Source: Natronohydrobacter sp. (GTDB taxonomy: Bacteria; Pseudomonadota; Alphaproteobacteria; Rhodobacterales; Rhodobacteraceae). Taken from it: DNA of 64,000 bases. The first letter of the stretch is position 1; each line of letters begins with the position of its first letter. The notes beneath the pieces were generated by a model, which was not told where the DNA came from, did no database searches, and saw nothing but the letters and a program-made list of their open reading frames with translations. A program made the position numbers and the translations under genes. The stretch is from positions 12,399 through 76,398 of the forward strand of contig JAFIEL010000003.1 in assembly GCA_020832585.1 (NCBI GenBank). Direction: 5' to 3'. Positions 17,197-29,197 of the stretch are shown in pieces.

Positions 17197-19391
17197 CTGC
17201 GTCCTCTTGGCTGGGTCTTGTGGCGAAGCGGTCGATCGCCATGCAGGGTCCGGAAAGCAACGGTGATCGCGGCTGCGAATTCCGGGGCGTTGATATTGTG
17301 CGGAAGGCGGATGATCTGGCGCGAGGGCGTCTGTCGGACGGTGCCCTCGATCGCCTCGAAAAGCGCGCGGCGCGCAGATGGATCGTCAAAGGGTTTGCCC
17401 GGCGCATCCAGTGCCGAAACACCGCCTTCGGGCAGGAAGAACCGCACCTGACCTTCCATCAGGTTCAGGCGTTCACCAATCCAGCGCCCCAGTTGCGCGT
17501 TTTCCTGCGCCGTTGTGCGCATCAAGGTCACTTGCGGATTGTGCTGGTAAAACAACCGTCCCCGATACTGGTCCGGCACTGTATCCGGCGCGGCAAAATT
17601 TACCATGTCCAGCGCACCCACTGACCCGATATAGGGCATGCGCGTGCGGATCACTGCGCCGAAACGATCCTCATTGCAGGGAAAGACGCCACCGAAAAGA
17701 TGGTCGCATACCTCTGTCGTGGTCAGGTCGATGATCCCGCGCGCCAATCCGCCATCGACCAGCTTTTCCATCGATTGCCCGCCGATCCCGGTCATGTGAA
17801 AGACAAGGCAGTCCCAGTCTTCCTGCAGCAACGCCTGCACCTGCTGAACGGCGGTGGTGGTTACACCGAACATCGACAGGACGACAGCAGGCTTGTCAGA
17901 CCCAACCTCGGGCTGGGCGCGTCGCCCCTCGACCATGCCCACCATGGCCTGCGCGGCATTGCCCAGAACTGCACGCGTGATCGAGTTCAGGCCCTGCACA
18001 TCGGCGACGGAATGCATCAATATGATATCGGAGGGGCCAACATACTTGCCGACCTCGCCACTTGCGACGGTCGAGACGATCATCTTGGGCACACCCACAG
18101 CAAGCGTGCGCATGGCAGGCGCGACAATCGCCGTGCCGCCAGAACCACCCGCCGACAACACCCCGGCAATACCCTGTTGTCGGGCAATCCAGCGCGCAAA
18201 GGCCAGCGTCATGCCCGCAACCGACTCGCCCCGGTCGCCCGTGAACACACCAGCCGCCCCGCGCGGATGGAAGGCTGCCACCTGATGGGCAGGAATATCG
18301 GCGCCAGTATGCGTGTTGGTGGTTGACAGATCGACCAGTCGCACAGCCAGTCCCGCCGCGCGGATGCGGTCGCGCATGAAACGCAGTTCATCACCCTTGG
18401 TGTCCAGCGTTCCGGCGACCAGCACCACTTCACCGCCTACGGGCGCGACGGGACGGATCTCGGTCTGCGCGGGCGCGGTCGTCAATGCCCCGGCCGATTG
18501 CACACGAGCCAGACGTTCATGCGTGGCAAAGGAAACGGGCTGCGACCAGCGATTTGGGGGTTTCGGGTTCGCCTGCCAGATACGCGGAATCGCGGGCGCG
18601 CGCTCTCCGGGCGCGTGATCATCGGACGCCCGCGCGCCTGGCGTCACAGGCTCGGGTGTCTCGTCATGCGCATGCCGGCCCACTCCCAGAAGCCGTTGCT
18701 GAAGCGCGCGATCAGACGCCAGTTCCCCGGCAGGCACAATCCGGTTGATCTTGCCATTGACCATGATCGCGACATCATCTGCCACACCACAGGCCACACC
18801 GATATTCTGCTCGATCACCAGAACCTCGATGTCAGCGGCCTCGCCCAGTCTGATCAGCATTTCTTCGACTTGCGCGACGATGACGGGGGCCAGCCCTTCG
18901 GTGGGCTCATCCATCACCAGCAGGCGCGGGTTTTGCAACAGGGCGCGGCTGATCGCCAGCATCTGCTGCTCCCCTCCAGACAGTTCTCCACCGCCATTGC
19001 CCTTGCGCTCTGCCAGACGCGGAAAGGTCGAATAGATGCGCTCGACCGTCCAGGCACCCCCCTTTGTCGCCACCATCTTGAGATGCTCATCAACACTGAG
19101 CGAACGCCACAGGCGTCGCCCCTGCGGGACATAACCGATGCCCAGGCGCGCGATCTCTGACGGGCTGAGCCCGACCAGAGACTGCCCATGGAAACTGATG
19201 GACCCGGCTGCCACCGGCACCATCCCCATGATCGCCTTGCACAATGTCGTCTTGCCCATCCCGTTGCGGCCGACAACTGACAAAACTCCGCGACGCAACT
19301 GAAGATCCACGCCTTGCAGGGCATGGCTTGCCCCGTAAAAGACATTCAGCCCACGAATATCCAGCGAGGGGGAGCCTGCGCGCTCAACCAT
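17193..19391 (-). CDS. LivF-like ABC ATPase fused to Tm-1-like/UPF0261 ATP-binding domain
   Basis: [27 protein letters not shown]; ~85-aa Pro-rich linker; then [51 protein letters not shown]. Start moved to 19391. Confidence 0.88.
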   Translation of the reverse strand: MVERAGSPSLDIRGLNVFYGASHALQGVDLQLRRGVLSVVGRNGMGKTTLCKAIMGMVPVAAGSISFHGQSLVGLSPSEIARLGIGYVPQGRRLWRSLSVDEHLKMVATKGGAWTVERIYSTFPRLAERKGNGGGELSGGEQQMLAISRALLQNPRLLVMDEPTEGLAPVIVAQVEEMLIRLGEAADIEVLVIEQNIGVACGVADDVAIMVNGKINRIVPAGELASDRALQQRLLGVGRHAHDETPEPVTPGARASDDHAPGERAPAIPRIWQANPKPPNRWSQPVSFATHERLARVQSAGALTTAPAQTEIRPVAPVGGEVVLVAGTLDTKGDELRFMRDRIRAAGLAVRLVDLSTTNTHTGADIPAHQVAAFHPRGAAGVFTGDRGESVAGMTLAFARWIARQQGIAGVLSAGGSGGTAIVAPAMRTLAVGVPKMIVSTVASGEVGKYVGPSDIILMHSVADVQGLNSITRAVLGNAAQAMVGMVEGRRAQPEVGSDKPAVVLSMFGVTTTAVQQVQALLQEDWDCLVFHMTGIGGQSMEKLVDGGLARGIIDLTTTEVCDHLFGGVFPCNEDRFGAVIRTRMPYIGSVGALDMVNFAAPDTVPDQYRGRLFYQHNPQVTLMRTTAQENAQLGRWIGERLNLMEGQVRFFLPEGGVSALDAPGKPFDDPSARRALFEAIEGTVRQTPSRQIIRLPHNINAPEFAAAITVAFRTLHGDRPLRHKTQPRGRR

Positions 19392-20172
19392 GGCTGTGAC
19401 TCCCGTCGCCCAGATAAAGCTCCTGCACTTCCGGATCATTCTCGATCTCTGTTGGCGTGCCTTCCTTGAAGACGCGCCCATTGTGCATCATTGTCACCGA
19501 CTCCGAGACCCTCAGCGCCACGTCCATATCATGCTCGATGATGATATACCCGATATGGCTCGGCAGACCGTTCAGGATCTCGATCAATTCGCGCCGTTCT
19601 GTGGGCGACAGGCCCGCTGCAGGCTCGTCAAACAGAATGAAACGCGGCGCGCCCGCCAGCGCCAGTGCAATTTCAAGCTGGCGCTGCTGCCCATAGCTGA
19701 GCTCCGAAACAAGTGTATTGCGCCATTCGGTCAGGTTGACCGCCTCGATCAATTCGCCCACCCGCGCCAGAAGCGGATCACTCCGACGCGGTCGCAACAG
19801 GGAAAACCGGCCACGGCTGACGCCACGACAGGCAATATAGACATTGTCGGCAACCGTCAGGCCACCAAACAGCAGGCTGATCTGATAGGTCCGGCGCAGG
19901 CCGCGACGGATGCGCTCATGAGCAGGAAAGGTGGTCACATCCTCGCCAAACAACCGGATCGACCCTGCGGTGGCGAAGAAATCACCTGTGATGCAGTTGA
20001 ACAATGTGGTCTTGCCCGCACCATTGGACCCCAGGACAGCACGGCGCTCGCCGGGGCGCACAGAGAATGTCACGTCCGAAATAGCCGCCAATGCGCCAAA
20101 CATCTTTGTCACACCGCGCAATTCCAGCGCATTGCCGGAAGCGACAGAATTGAGCGACGCCACATCTGTCAT
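19384..20172 (-). CDS. LivG-like ABC transporter ATP-binding protein
   Basis: GSNGAGKT, LSYGQQR, LFDEPAAG, IIEHDMD; start moved to 20172. Confidence 0.9.
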   Translation of the reverse strand: MTDVASLNSVASGNALELRGVTKMFGALAAISDVTFSVRPGERRAVLGSNGAGKTTLFNCITGDFFATAGSIRLFGEDVTTFPAHERIRRGLRRTYQISLLFGGLTVADNVYIACRGVSRGRFSLLRPRRSDPLLARVGELIEAVNLTEWRNTLVSELSYGQQRQLEIALALAGAPRFILFDEPAAGLSPTERRELIEILNGLPSHIGYIIIEHDMDVALRVSESVTMMHNGRVFKEGTPTEIENDPEVQELYLGDGSHSHG

Positions 20173-20173
20173 G

Positions 20174-21253
20174 TTACCGTGTGCTCCTGTCGCGCAGGGG
20201 ATCGCGTTTGCGTTGCTGGCGCGCGCGCCAACGATCCCACAAACCCAGCACCCCGTCCGGAGAGAAAAACACAATCAGCAGGAACCCCATGCCGATCAAC
20301 GTCTTGAAGCGCTCACCCGACAGTCCGAAACCCGTCAAAAGGTCTGGGCTGAAGGTGCGCAACAAAACATAGATCAACGCGCCGACAAACGGCCCGATCG
20401 GGCGACGCAATCCCCCGACCACCGCGATCACCAGAATGTCGATAACGGCAGGAATCCCAACGGTTCCTGGGGAAATTTGTGAATTCTGCCAGACCAGCAA
20501 GATGCCCCCGACCGCAGCAATCACACTGGCAAATGTATAGGCTGCGATACGGTGCGCCGTGACGTTGTACCCCAGCGCCGCCATGCGTCGCGGTCCGTCG
20601 CGCACGCCTTGCAAGGCCAGCCCGAACGGGCTGCGTGAAACATAGATGACAGCAAGGTAGGACAGCACTGCACATGCAAGCGTCAGATAATAGAAGGGCA
20701 CCGGCTGACGCCAGTCCACCCCGAACAGACGCGGTGGAACAACAAGATTGAAACCGCTGTAACCGTTGAAGATTTCGTAATTCTGACGGGTGAAGTAGAA
20801 AAAGGCAGACGCAATCGCCAGCGTGATCATGATTGTGTAAATGCCCTCGGTCCGCACCGCCAGAGCGCCGACGATGGTACCGAAAATGGCCGCAATGATG
20901 ATTGCGACGGGGATATGCAACCACCACGGCCAGCCAAGGCTGAGATCACTCATGCCCGATGTGCCCAGGATGGCGACCGCGTAGCCGGCCATGCCCGCAA
21001 CCGACATCTGGATCAGACTGACCATGCCACCATATCCGGCCAGAAACATCAGGCTCAGCGCGATCATGCCCAGAATGAACGTCCAGCCAAACACCTGAAA
21101 AAGCCAGAAATTATTGGCGATCAGCGGCATGATCAACAAGACGAACCCGACAATCCAGACAGCCAGCGGGATGCGTTCGACCCATGTCGGTTCCGGGGCC
21201 GCACGACGCGCGGAACTTTGGAAAATCTGGCTCAGGGGATCGGAGGCCGACAT
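20174..21253 (-). CDS. LivM-like branched-chain-type ABC permease
   Basis: GYGGMVSL, GIYTIMITLA, SPFGLALQGVRD, VVGGL..PIGPFVGA; multiple TM helices; start moved to 21253. Confidence 0.88.
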   Translation of the reverse strand: MSASDPLSQIFQSSARRAAPEPTWVERIPLAVWIVGFVLLIMPLIANNFWLFQVFGWTFILGMIALSLMFLAGYGGMVSLIQMSVAGMAGYAVAILGTSGMSDLSLGWPWWLHIPVAIIIAAIFGTIVGALAVRTEGIYTIMITLAIASAFFYFTRQNYEIFNGYSGFNLVVPPRLFGVDWRQPVPFYYLTLACAVLSYLAVIYVSRSPFGLALQGVRDGPRRMAALGYNVTAHRIAAYTFASVIAAVGGILLVWQNSQISPGTVGIPAVIDILVIAVVGGLRRPIGPFVGALIYVLLRTFSPDLLTGFGLSGERFKTLIGMGFLLIVFFSPDGVLGLWDRWRARQQRKRDPLRDRSTR

Positions 21254-21254
21254 C

Positions 21255-22277
21255 TCAGCGCGTCCTTCCAAGCAACCCTTGCGGGCGGAAAGCCAGCACG
21301 GCAACCATGATCAGAAAGGTGACTACAACCGAATATGTGGGCGCATAGACGAGGCCCAGTTGTTCACTCAGCCCGATCAACACCGCCCCGATCGCAGCGC
21401 CCGGAATCGACCCCATACCCCCCACGATGACCACCACCAGACTCGCAAGCAAAAAGCGCGTATCCTCGCCCGGACTGAGTGACTGGAAAGTACCGCCCAC
21501 GATGCCCGCAATGCCCGCCAGACCGGCCCCAAATGCAAAGACCGCAAGAAACACCCATTGAATACGGATGCCAGAGGCGGCCAGCATGTCGCGATCATCG
21601 ACGCCCGCGCGGATCAACATGCCCAGACGCGATTTGTTCAGGATCAGCCACATCAGCACGCCGATCACGATTGCAGCGATCAGAATGGCGATCCGAACGG
21701 CTGGATAGCGCAGATAAACAGTGTCACCATCTCTGTTGGTGCCCGCCACAATAGGCAGTTCGGCAGGGCCGGACAGCCAGTCGGGGGTCATGATGGTGTA
21801 GCTTTGGCCGCCCCAGGACCACAACATCAGATCGGCCAGCACAACGGAAATCCCGATCGTAACCATGGTTTGCCGCAATTCTTCGCCTTCCATGCGACGA
21901 AAAACCTGATTTTGCAGAACAATCCCGACCAACCCCACCAGAACAAAAACGACCGGAAAAGCCAGAAGCCAGGACCCTGTACGCTCCGAAACCTCGAAGC
22001 CCAGATAGCCGCCAAGCAGATAGAGTGAGCCATGCGCAAGATTGACATTCCGCATCAGCCCAAAGATCAGCGTAAAGCCCGCGGCAACCAGAAAATACAG
22101 CGCCCCCAGGGTCACGCCACCAAAGACAGCATTCAGAAACACCCGCTTGCGGCCCAGAACGGCCTCCATCTCGGGTGACCAGGGGGCCAAGACCAGCCAG
22201 ATGAACACGGCCAGCACCAGAATGATGATGCCCGACCAGATCGGCCTTTTCTGAAAGAACTCCTGCACCGAAACCAC
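21255..22277 (-). CDS. LivH-like branched-chain-type ABC permease
   Basis: GFTLIFGLMRNVNLAHG, LGMLIRA, VVIVGGMGSIPGA, RPQGLLG; true start may be GTG 22268 (better GGAGG spacing). Confidence 0.88.
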   Translation of the reverse strand: MVSVQEFFQKRPIWSGIIILVLAVFIWLVLAPWSPEMEAVLGRKRVFLNAVFGGVTLGALYFLVAAGFTLIFGLMRNVNLAHGSLYLLGGYLGFEVSERTGSWLLAFPVVFVLVGLVGIVLQNQVFRRMEGEELRQTMVTIGISVVLADLMLWSWGGQSYTIMTPDWLSGPAELPIVAGTNRDGDTVYLRYPAVRIAILIAAIVIGVLMWLILNKSRLGMLIRAGVDDRDMLAASGIRIQWVFLAVFAFGAGLAGIAGIVGGTFQSLSPGEDTRFLLASLVVVIVGGMGSIPGAAIGAVLIGLSEQLGLVYAPTYSVVVTFLIMVAVLAFRPQGLLGRTR

Positions 22278-22489
22278 CTCCCGATTGGCAAGACTTTCTC
22301 AAGCCTCTGGCGCGCTGAAATACAGGCTAGCCGCAAAACGGTGGATGCAGCATACCCTCAAGTCTGGTCTCGTCGCCAATCGTCGGCTTTACCGACACTG
22401 CCAAGATCATGCGCTGATCTGCTGCCGCGGGCCATGCAGGCAGAATTGCGTCCGGTCTGGTTCGTGGCGAACCCATTGCCGCCCGCCTG

Positions 22490-23329
22490 TCAGTTTGGAA
22501 CAGCCATGTGAACTGACCGGCGATAGGCGCTGGGGGCGACCACGCCATTCGCAATGAAAAAACGTGAAAAGCTCGCTTGACTGGAAAAACCCAGATCAAA
22601 CCCGATATCCGCCACAGCCTGCGCGCTTTGGGTCAGTCTGCCAATCGCATTCTCCATCAGAAGGGCATTGAGATAGAGTTTGGGCGTGAGACCAACCTGC
22701 TCCCGGAACAGCTTGAAGAAATGGGCGCGCGACAAACCGACTTCGCGGGCGATCTCGTCCAGGTCGCTTATCTCGCCAACCTTGTCTTCCAGAAGTCGCA
22801 ATGCCTTGCGAATACGGAAGTCGCGACCTGTCTGAACGTGCGGGAAAAACCGGCTGCCATGCTCTGTCCACTGCCAGGACTGGTCAAATGCCGCATGCGT
22901 CAGGGTATGCAGACGTTCTTCCATAAGGGGATCGTCCAGTTCCGGTTCCATCATCGCCCGTGCTGTCGAACTGATCAGAGCCGCCAGATGATCCGTGATC
23001 TCGATGGCTGGTCGCCCGAAGTTCAGCGAAGATGTCACCTGACGCGCTGTCTCGAGAAACCAGGCCGGGCTGATATAAAGAACAAGTTGCAGCATCGGCG
23101 CATCGGCCACGACCGGCAGATACATATGCGTTTGCCAAGGGCTGACAGCAACGCCCTGACCTGCCGAAACCGGAACAATCTTGCCGTCAATATCAAACGC
23201 CCCGGCCGGCCCATCAACATGGAAGATCAGGTGCCCCTCTCTGTGGGCATGAGAGGCCGTCCCGCGGTCCACGCGATACAGGCACACACGGCCAAAAGGG
23301 CCGTGGCATACCACCAGCGGAATACTCAT
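22490..23329 (-). CDS. AraC-family transcriptional regulator
   Basis: N-terminal cupin HAHREGH; C-terminal LDEIAREVGLSRAHFFKLF and IGFDLGFSSQASFSRFF; start moved to 23329. Confidence 0.9.
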   Translation of the reverse strand: MSIPLVVCHGPFGRVCLYRVDRGTASHAHREGHLIFHVDGPAGAFDIDGKIVPVSAGQGVAVSPWQTHMYLPVVADAPMLQLVLYISPAWFLETARQVTSSLNFGRPAIEITDHLAALISSTARAMMEPELDDPLMEERLHTLTHAAFDQSWQWTEHGSRFFPHVQTGRDFRIRKALRLLEDKVGEISDLDEIAREVGLSRAHFFKLFREQVGLTPKLYLNALLMENAIGRLTQSAQAVADIGFDLGFSSQASFSRFFIANGVVAPSAYRRSVHMAVPN

Positions 23330-23462
23330 TCTTTCCTCCCCCCGCATCTTTCCGGTTCGCAAAGAAAGATGCGCCTGTAAAAGCTATTTCGATTCTTGGT
23401 TTTCACAAAGCAAAATGTGTGGCGGTTCATTTGCCCACAGGCCAGTCGCGCCATGCACAATC

Positions 23463-24545
23463 CTACAGGGCAGCTTCGATCATTGAAGAGTAATCCGCTG
23501 CCGTGGCCAGGCGCGGATTGTCCCGGTTGGCAACGTCGCGCGCAGCGCGGTCCGCCGCAGTCGCAATCTCTTGTCGGGTCAACCCAAGTGTCCGCAGATT
23601 GCGCGGAAGGCCCAGCCGCGCGCCAAGGTCCAGAAAATAGGTTGCCAGACTATCAGGATCAGACAGGCGCAAGGCCTCTGCGGCGCGGGCCATCTGATCG
23701 GGCACCGCCGGCGCATTGAATTTCAGAACGGCAGCGATGAACGCGCAATGCAGCAAACCATGTTCGCCGGCCTTCGGTGCCAATCCTTCAAAGGCATGCG
23801 CCAAAGCGTGCAGCGCCCCTGCCCCGCGCTGCGAGGCCAACTCGCCGTTCAGCGCCGCGGCAAGCATTTCCCGGCTGGCCTCGGGGTCTTTGGGATCAGC
23901 GACCATGCGCTCCAGCCAAAGACCCGCACGCCGGAGCCCATCATAGGCCATGCCTTCGGCTGGCGGGTTCCAGGCGTCATTCAACAACGCCTCCAGACAA
24001 TGCACCATCGCATCCATCCCCGCGACCGCAAGTCGACGCGGCTGAGCCATCTGCAACAGGCTGGGGTCACAGAACACCACATCGGGCACAGTCTGATGTC
24101 CCTTGCACCGCTGACCCGACCGCGAGGCCCAAACCGGCGAAGCCAACCCGACAGATCCCGGCAGTGTCGGAATGACAAGCGTCGGGCGCGCCCCTGACCT
24201 GTCACCGCCGACAGCCTTGTTCATCGCAGGGCTGCGCGCAATCTCAAGTGCAGCCTTTCCACCAAGTCCGATAATGGCATCGCATGCGTCCCACGCATCG
24301 GCGGAACCTGTGGCTTCGAGCGTTTTCGCAAATTCGTCAGCCGAAGGAAAATCTTCGAGGATCAGCAATTGTGGCTCAAGCCGACCGGGCAGACTGTCGC
24401 GCACAAGCGAAAGGCACGCCATACCGTCGGCATCCACCACGACCAGTGGGGCGCGAATGTCATGGGCCCGCAACTCTTCTGCCAGCGCATCCTCAAGCAC
24501 GCGCACGGCGAAATGTATGCGCGTCGCATAGCGTATCAGTGACAT
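23463..24545 (-). CDS. Iron-containing alcohol dehydrogenase-like protein (4-hydroxybutyrate dehydrogenase-like), divergent NAD-binding motifs
   Basis: CDP, GMDAMVHCLE, WNPPAEG, GALHALAH, EHG, VLKFN, LGLP, NPR; GGGS and PTTAGTGSE motifs degenerate. Start moved to 24545. Confidence 0.75.
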   Translation of the reverse strand: MSLIRYATRIHFAVRVLEDALAEELRAHDIRAPLVVVDADGMACLSLVRDSLPGRLEPQLLILEDFPSADEFAKTLEATGSADAWDACDAIIGLGGKAALEIARSPAMNKAVGGDRSGARPTLVIPTLPGSVGLASPVWASRSGQRCKGHQTVPDVVFCDPSLLQMAQPRRLAVAGMDAMVHCLEALLNDAWNPPAEGMAYDGLRRAGLWLERMVADPKDPEASREMLAAALNGELASQRGAGALHALAHAFEGLAPKAGEHGLLHCAFIAAVLKFNAPAVPDQMARAAEALRLSDPDSLATYFLDLGARLGLPRNLRTLGLTRQEIATAADRAARDVANRDNPRLATAADYSSMIEAAL

Positions 24546-24599
24546 AGTGTATCCCCTGCCCCGAACCCGACGACCTGAAAGCACCAAACAGAAGCAGAA

Positions 24600-24624
24600 G
24601 CGGCGCGCCCGTTGGACGCGCCGC
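24600..24624 (-). terminator. Stem-loop after the SBP gene (terminator or mRNA-stabilising hairpin)
   Basis: GCGGCGCG-N9-CGCGCCGC, 7 nt after the stop, followed by TTCTGCTTCTGTTT on the minus strand. Confidence 0.55.
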
Positions 24625-24631
24625 AGTCAGT

Positions 24632-25891
24632 TCAGCGCCCGGCCAGGGCGTCACAGTCAGGTGTGGTGCGCGAGGGCAGCCCCATTGCCCGGAAATCTTC
24701 CATGCTCATACCAAGCGTCTGGGTAACTCCATCAGCCCGAGCCCGGAAAACACTGGCCAGATTGCCATCTTCCCCTTCGACCACTTCCGTCACGAAAACC
24801 GTGCCTGTCGCCTGCCGGTTCTCGTTCAGTTCAACCACGCCCAACGGGGTCTCAAGGGTCATTGTAGAAAGCGCGTTCATCAACGCCGACTGACCGTCAG
24901 ACAGATCACCCTCGACCATGTCAAGGCCCTGAAGGGCCGCCAGTGTTGCTACATAGTAGCCGACGCCGAACAACGACGGCACGTCAAAACGGTCGCCTTC
25001 CGCAAATGCGGCCCGGTAGCTCGCAAGATATGCCTGCCACGCCGCATCCGGGTTGTCAGGGGCAAATGCGCCCGAAGTGGGCGTTCCCACCAGCGCCTCC
25101 TTGGCACGCCCGCGCGACGAGAGAACCGTTGCATCCGCCATGATCGTCCCACCAATCAGGTTGGTATCAGCGCCTGCCTGGTCATACTGGTTCAGGAAGT
25201 TGATGGCGTCAGTGCCGCCCAGCCCCAGATAGATCGCATCCACGTCATCAGGCAGGCTTGCAATGACCCCGCCGAAATCCGAACTGCCCAAGGGCACCCA
25301 GAAGCGCTCGACAATGTCACCCCCGGCACGACAGAAATCTACCGCGAAGCCCAGAAAGTTCGTGTAGCCGAAGCTGTAATCCGCAGACACGGCGGCAATG
25401 CGCTGCCAGCCTTTCTCTTCAAAGACATATGTTCCAAGACCTTGACCCCACTGCGCCCCATCCAGATTGAAGCGGAAGAAATTCTCGGCCGGGTCCACAA
25501 AAGTGGTTTCAAGCGCGCCAGAGATGCCGTTGATGATGGTGGTTTCGGGAACCGTTTTCGCATAGTCGCGAATTGCGATTCCTTCCGATCCCGAAAGCGG
25601 GCCGATCACAATATCGACACCATCCTGCTCCACCAGTTTGCGGGCCTGACGCACGGCATTGTCAGGGGTGGTGTCTGTGGGGGCCACGACGATCTCGATC
25701 GGGCGTCCGCCTGCCATGCCACCCCGTTCCTGAATGGCGAGTTCGACATTGCGCACGCCATCGGCCCCACCAGCGGCAAAGGCACCTTCCAGGGCCACCA
25801 GCACCCCTATCTTGATCGGATCATTCGCATAAGCGACACTCGGCACCACGAGTGCCAGAAGCGACACTGTTGTATAGATTGACTTTCGCAT
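24632..25891 (-). CDS. ABC substrate-binding protein (LivJ/Peripla_BP_6 type)
   Basis: Signal peptide MRKSIYTTVSLLALVVPSVAYA, IKIGVL, ARKLVEQDGVDIVIGPLSGSEG, NFFRF, ADYSFG; GGAGG RBS before 25891. Confidence 0.9.
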   Translation of the reverse strand: MRKSIYTTVSLLALVVPSVAYANDPIKIGVLVALEGAFAAGGADGVRNVELAIQERGGMAGGRPIEIVVAPTDTTPDNAVRQARKLVEQDGVDIVIGPLSGSEGIAIRDYAKTVPETTIINGISGALETTFVDPAENFFRFNLDGAQWGQGLGTYVFEEKGWQRIAAVSADYSFGYTNFLGFAVDFCRAGGDIVERFWVPLGSSDFGGVIASLPDDVDAIYLGLGGTDAINFLNQYDQAGADTNLIGGTIMADATVLSSRGRAKEALVGTPTSGAFAPDNPDAAWQAYLASYRAAFAEGDRFDVPSLFGVGYYVATLAALQGLDMVEGDLSDGQSALMNALSTMTLETPLGVVELNENRQATGTVFVTEVVEGEDGNLASVFRARADGVTQTLGMSMEDFRAMGLPSRTTPDCDALAGR

Positions 25892-26181
25892 TGGTTTATA
25901 TCCTCCCTCTGATGACGCAGCACTGGCGAAAGCCGACAACACCTGACATGATGGCGTCGGAAACCGGTGCACGACAGAAGAACAGGCTATGCGTTGCGCG
26001 GTGCTCTAGGCATCACCCTCAGATGCGAAACATTACCCCAAGTCTGATTATTTTCCTGTCCCGCGGATACTGGTGGCATGGCAGTGATCATGCACCTTGT
26101 CGCGACATGCAGAATTGCCCGACATGCAGGGCGATCTTTGCCCATGCCACCGCACCTGCGGGGCTCTTCATGCGCGAGACA

Positions 26182-28242
<2,061 letters not shown>

Positions 28243-28246
<4 letters not shown>

Positions 28247-29103
28247 GCCAAAGGACCGCGCACGCGCTGTGTCTGGACGCCAAGCCCCTCGATGCCCAGC
28301 CGCATAACCTCGCCGCCTTTCAGATAGACCGGGGGCTTCTGTCCCATCCCGACACCCGGCGGTGTTCCGGTCGAGATCACATCACCGGGTTGCAGCGACA
28401 TGAACTGCGAGCAATAGGAAATCAGATGCGGCACCTTGTAGACCATGGTGGCAGTGCTGCCGTCCTGATAGCGATGGCCATCCACCTCCAGCCACATATG
28501 CAGCGCGTCGATATCGTCGATTTCGTCGGGCGTGACCAGCCACGGCCCCAGCGGGCCGAAAGTGTCGCAACCCTTGCCCTTGTCCCATGTGCCTGCGCGG
28601 TCCAACTGGAACTCGCGCTCGGAAACGTCATTGATCACACAATAGCCCGCGACATGTGACAGCGCGTCTTCCTCGCGGATATAGCTTCCCGGCTTTCCGA
28701 TAATGATACCGAACTCGACCTCCCAATCCGTCTTGGCAGAACCGTTCGGGATTTGCACATCATCATCCGGCCCGATGATGGCGGATGTCCATTTGTTGAA
28801 GATCACAGGCTCCGGCGGGATTGCCATACCGGATTCTGCAGCATGATCAGCATAGTTCAGCCCGATGCAGATGAACTTGCCGACCTGCCCCACACAGGGT
28901 CCAAGCCGCAGGTCGGATTGCGGCGTGCCAGCAACCAGCGGCAGGCTGTCAGGGTCAAGCGCGGCAAGTTGCGCCAGCGTTTCCGGCAGAAGGGCGCTGC
29001 CCGACAGGTCCGGGATATGGGCAGAGAGGTCGCGAACGCGACCAGCGGAATCTAGCAGACCGGGGCGTTCTTGCCCGGACACGCCGTAACGCAGCAATTT
29101 CAT
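28243..29103 (-). CDS. FAH-family hydrolase, probable 2,4-diketo-3-deoxy-L-fuconate hydrolase
   Basis: CIGLNYADH, DWEVE, NDVSER, WDKGKGCDTF, TGTPPGVG; inside the fucose operon. Confidence 0.8.
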
Positions 29104-29197
29104 GGGAGTTCCTGTCGCTTGGGCCAGTCATTTCGGCCTTGTCCTGGTGTCATGGTCCGGGGGCGCGCACCGCCCCCGGCTTGTCGTTCACGCCCTG

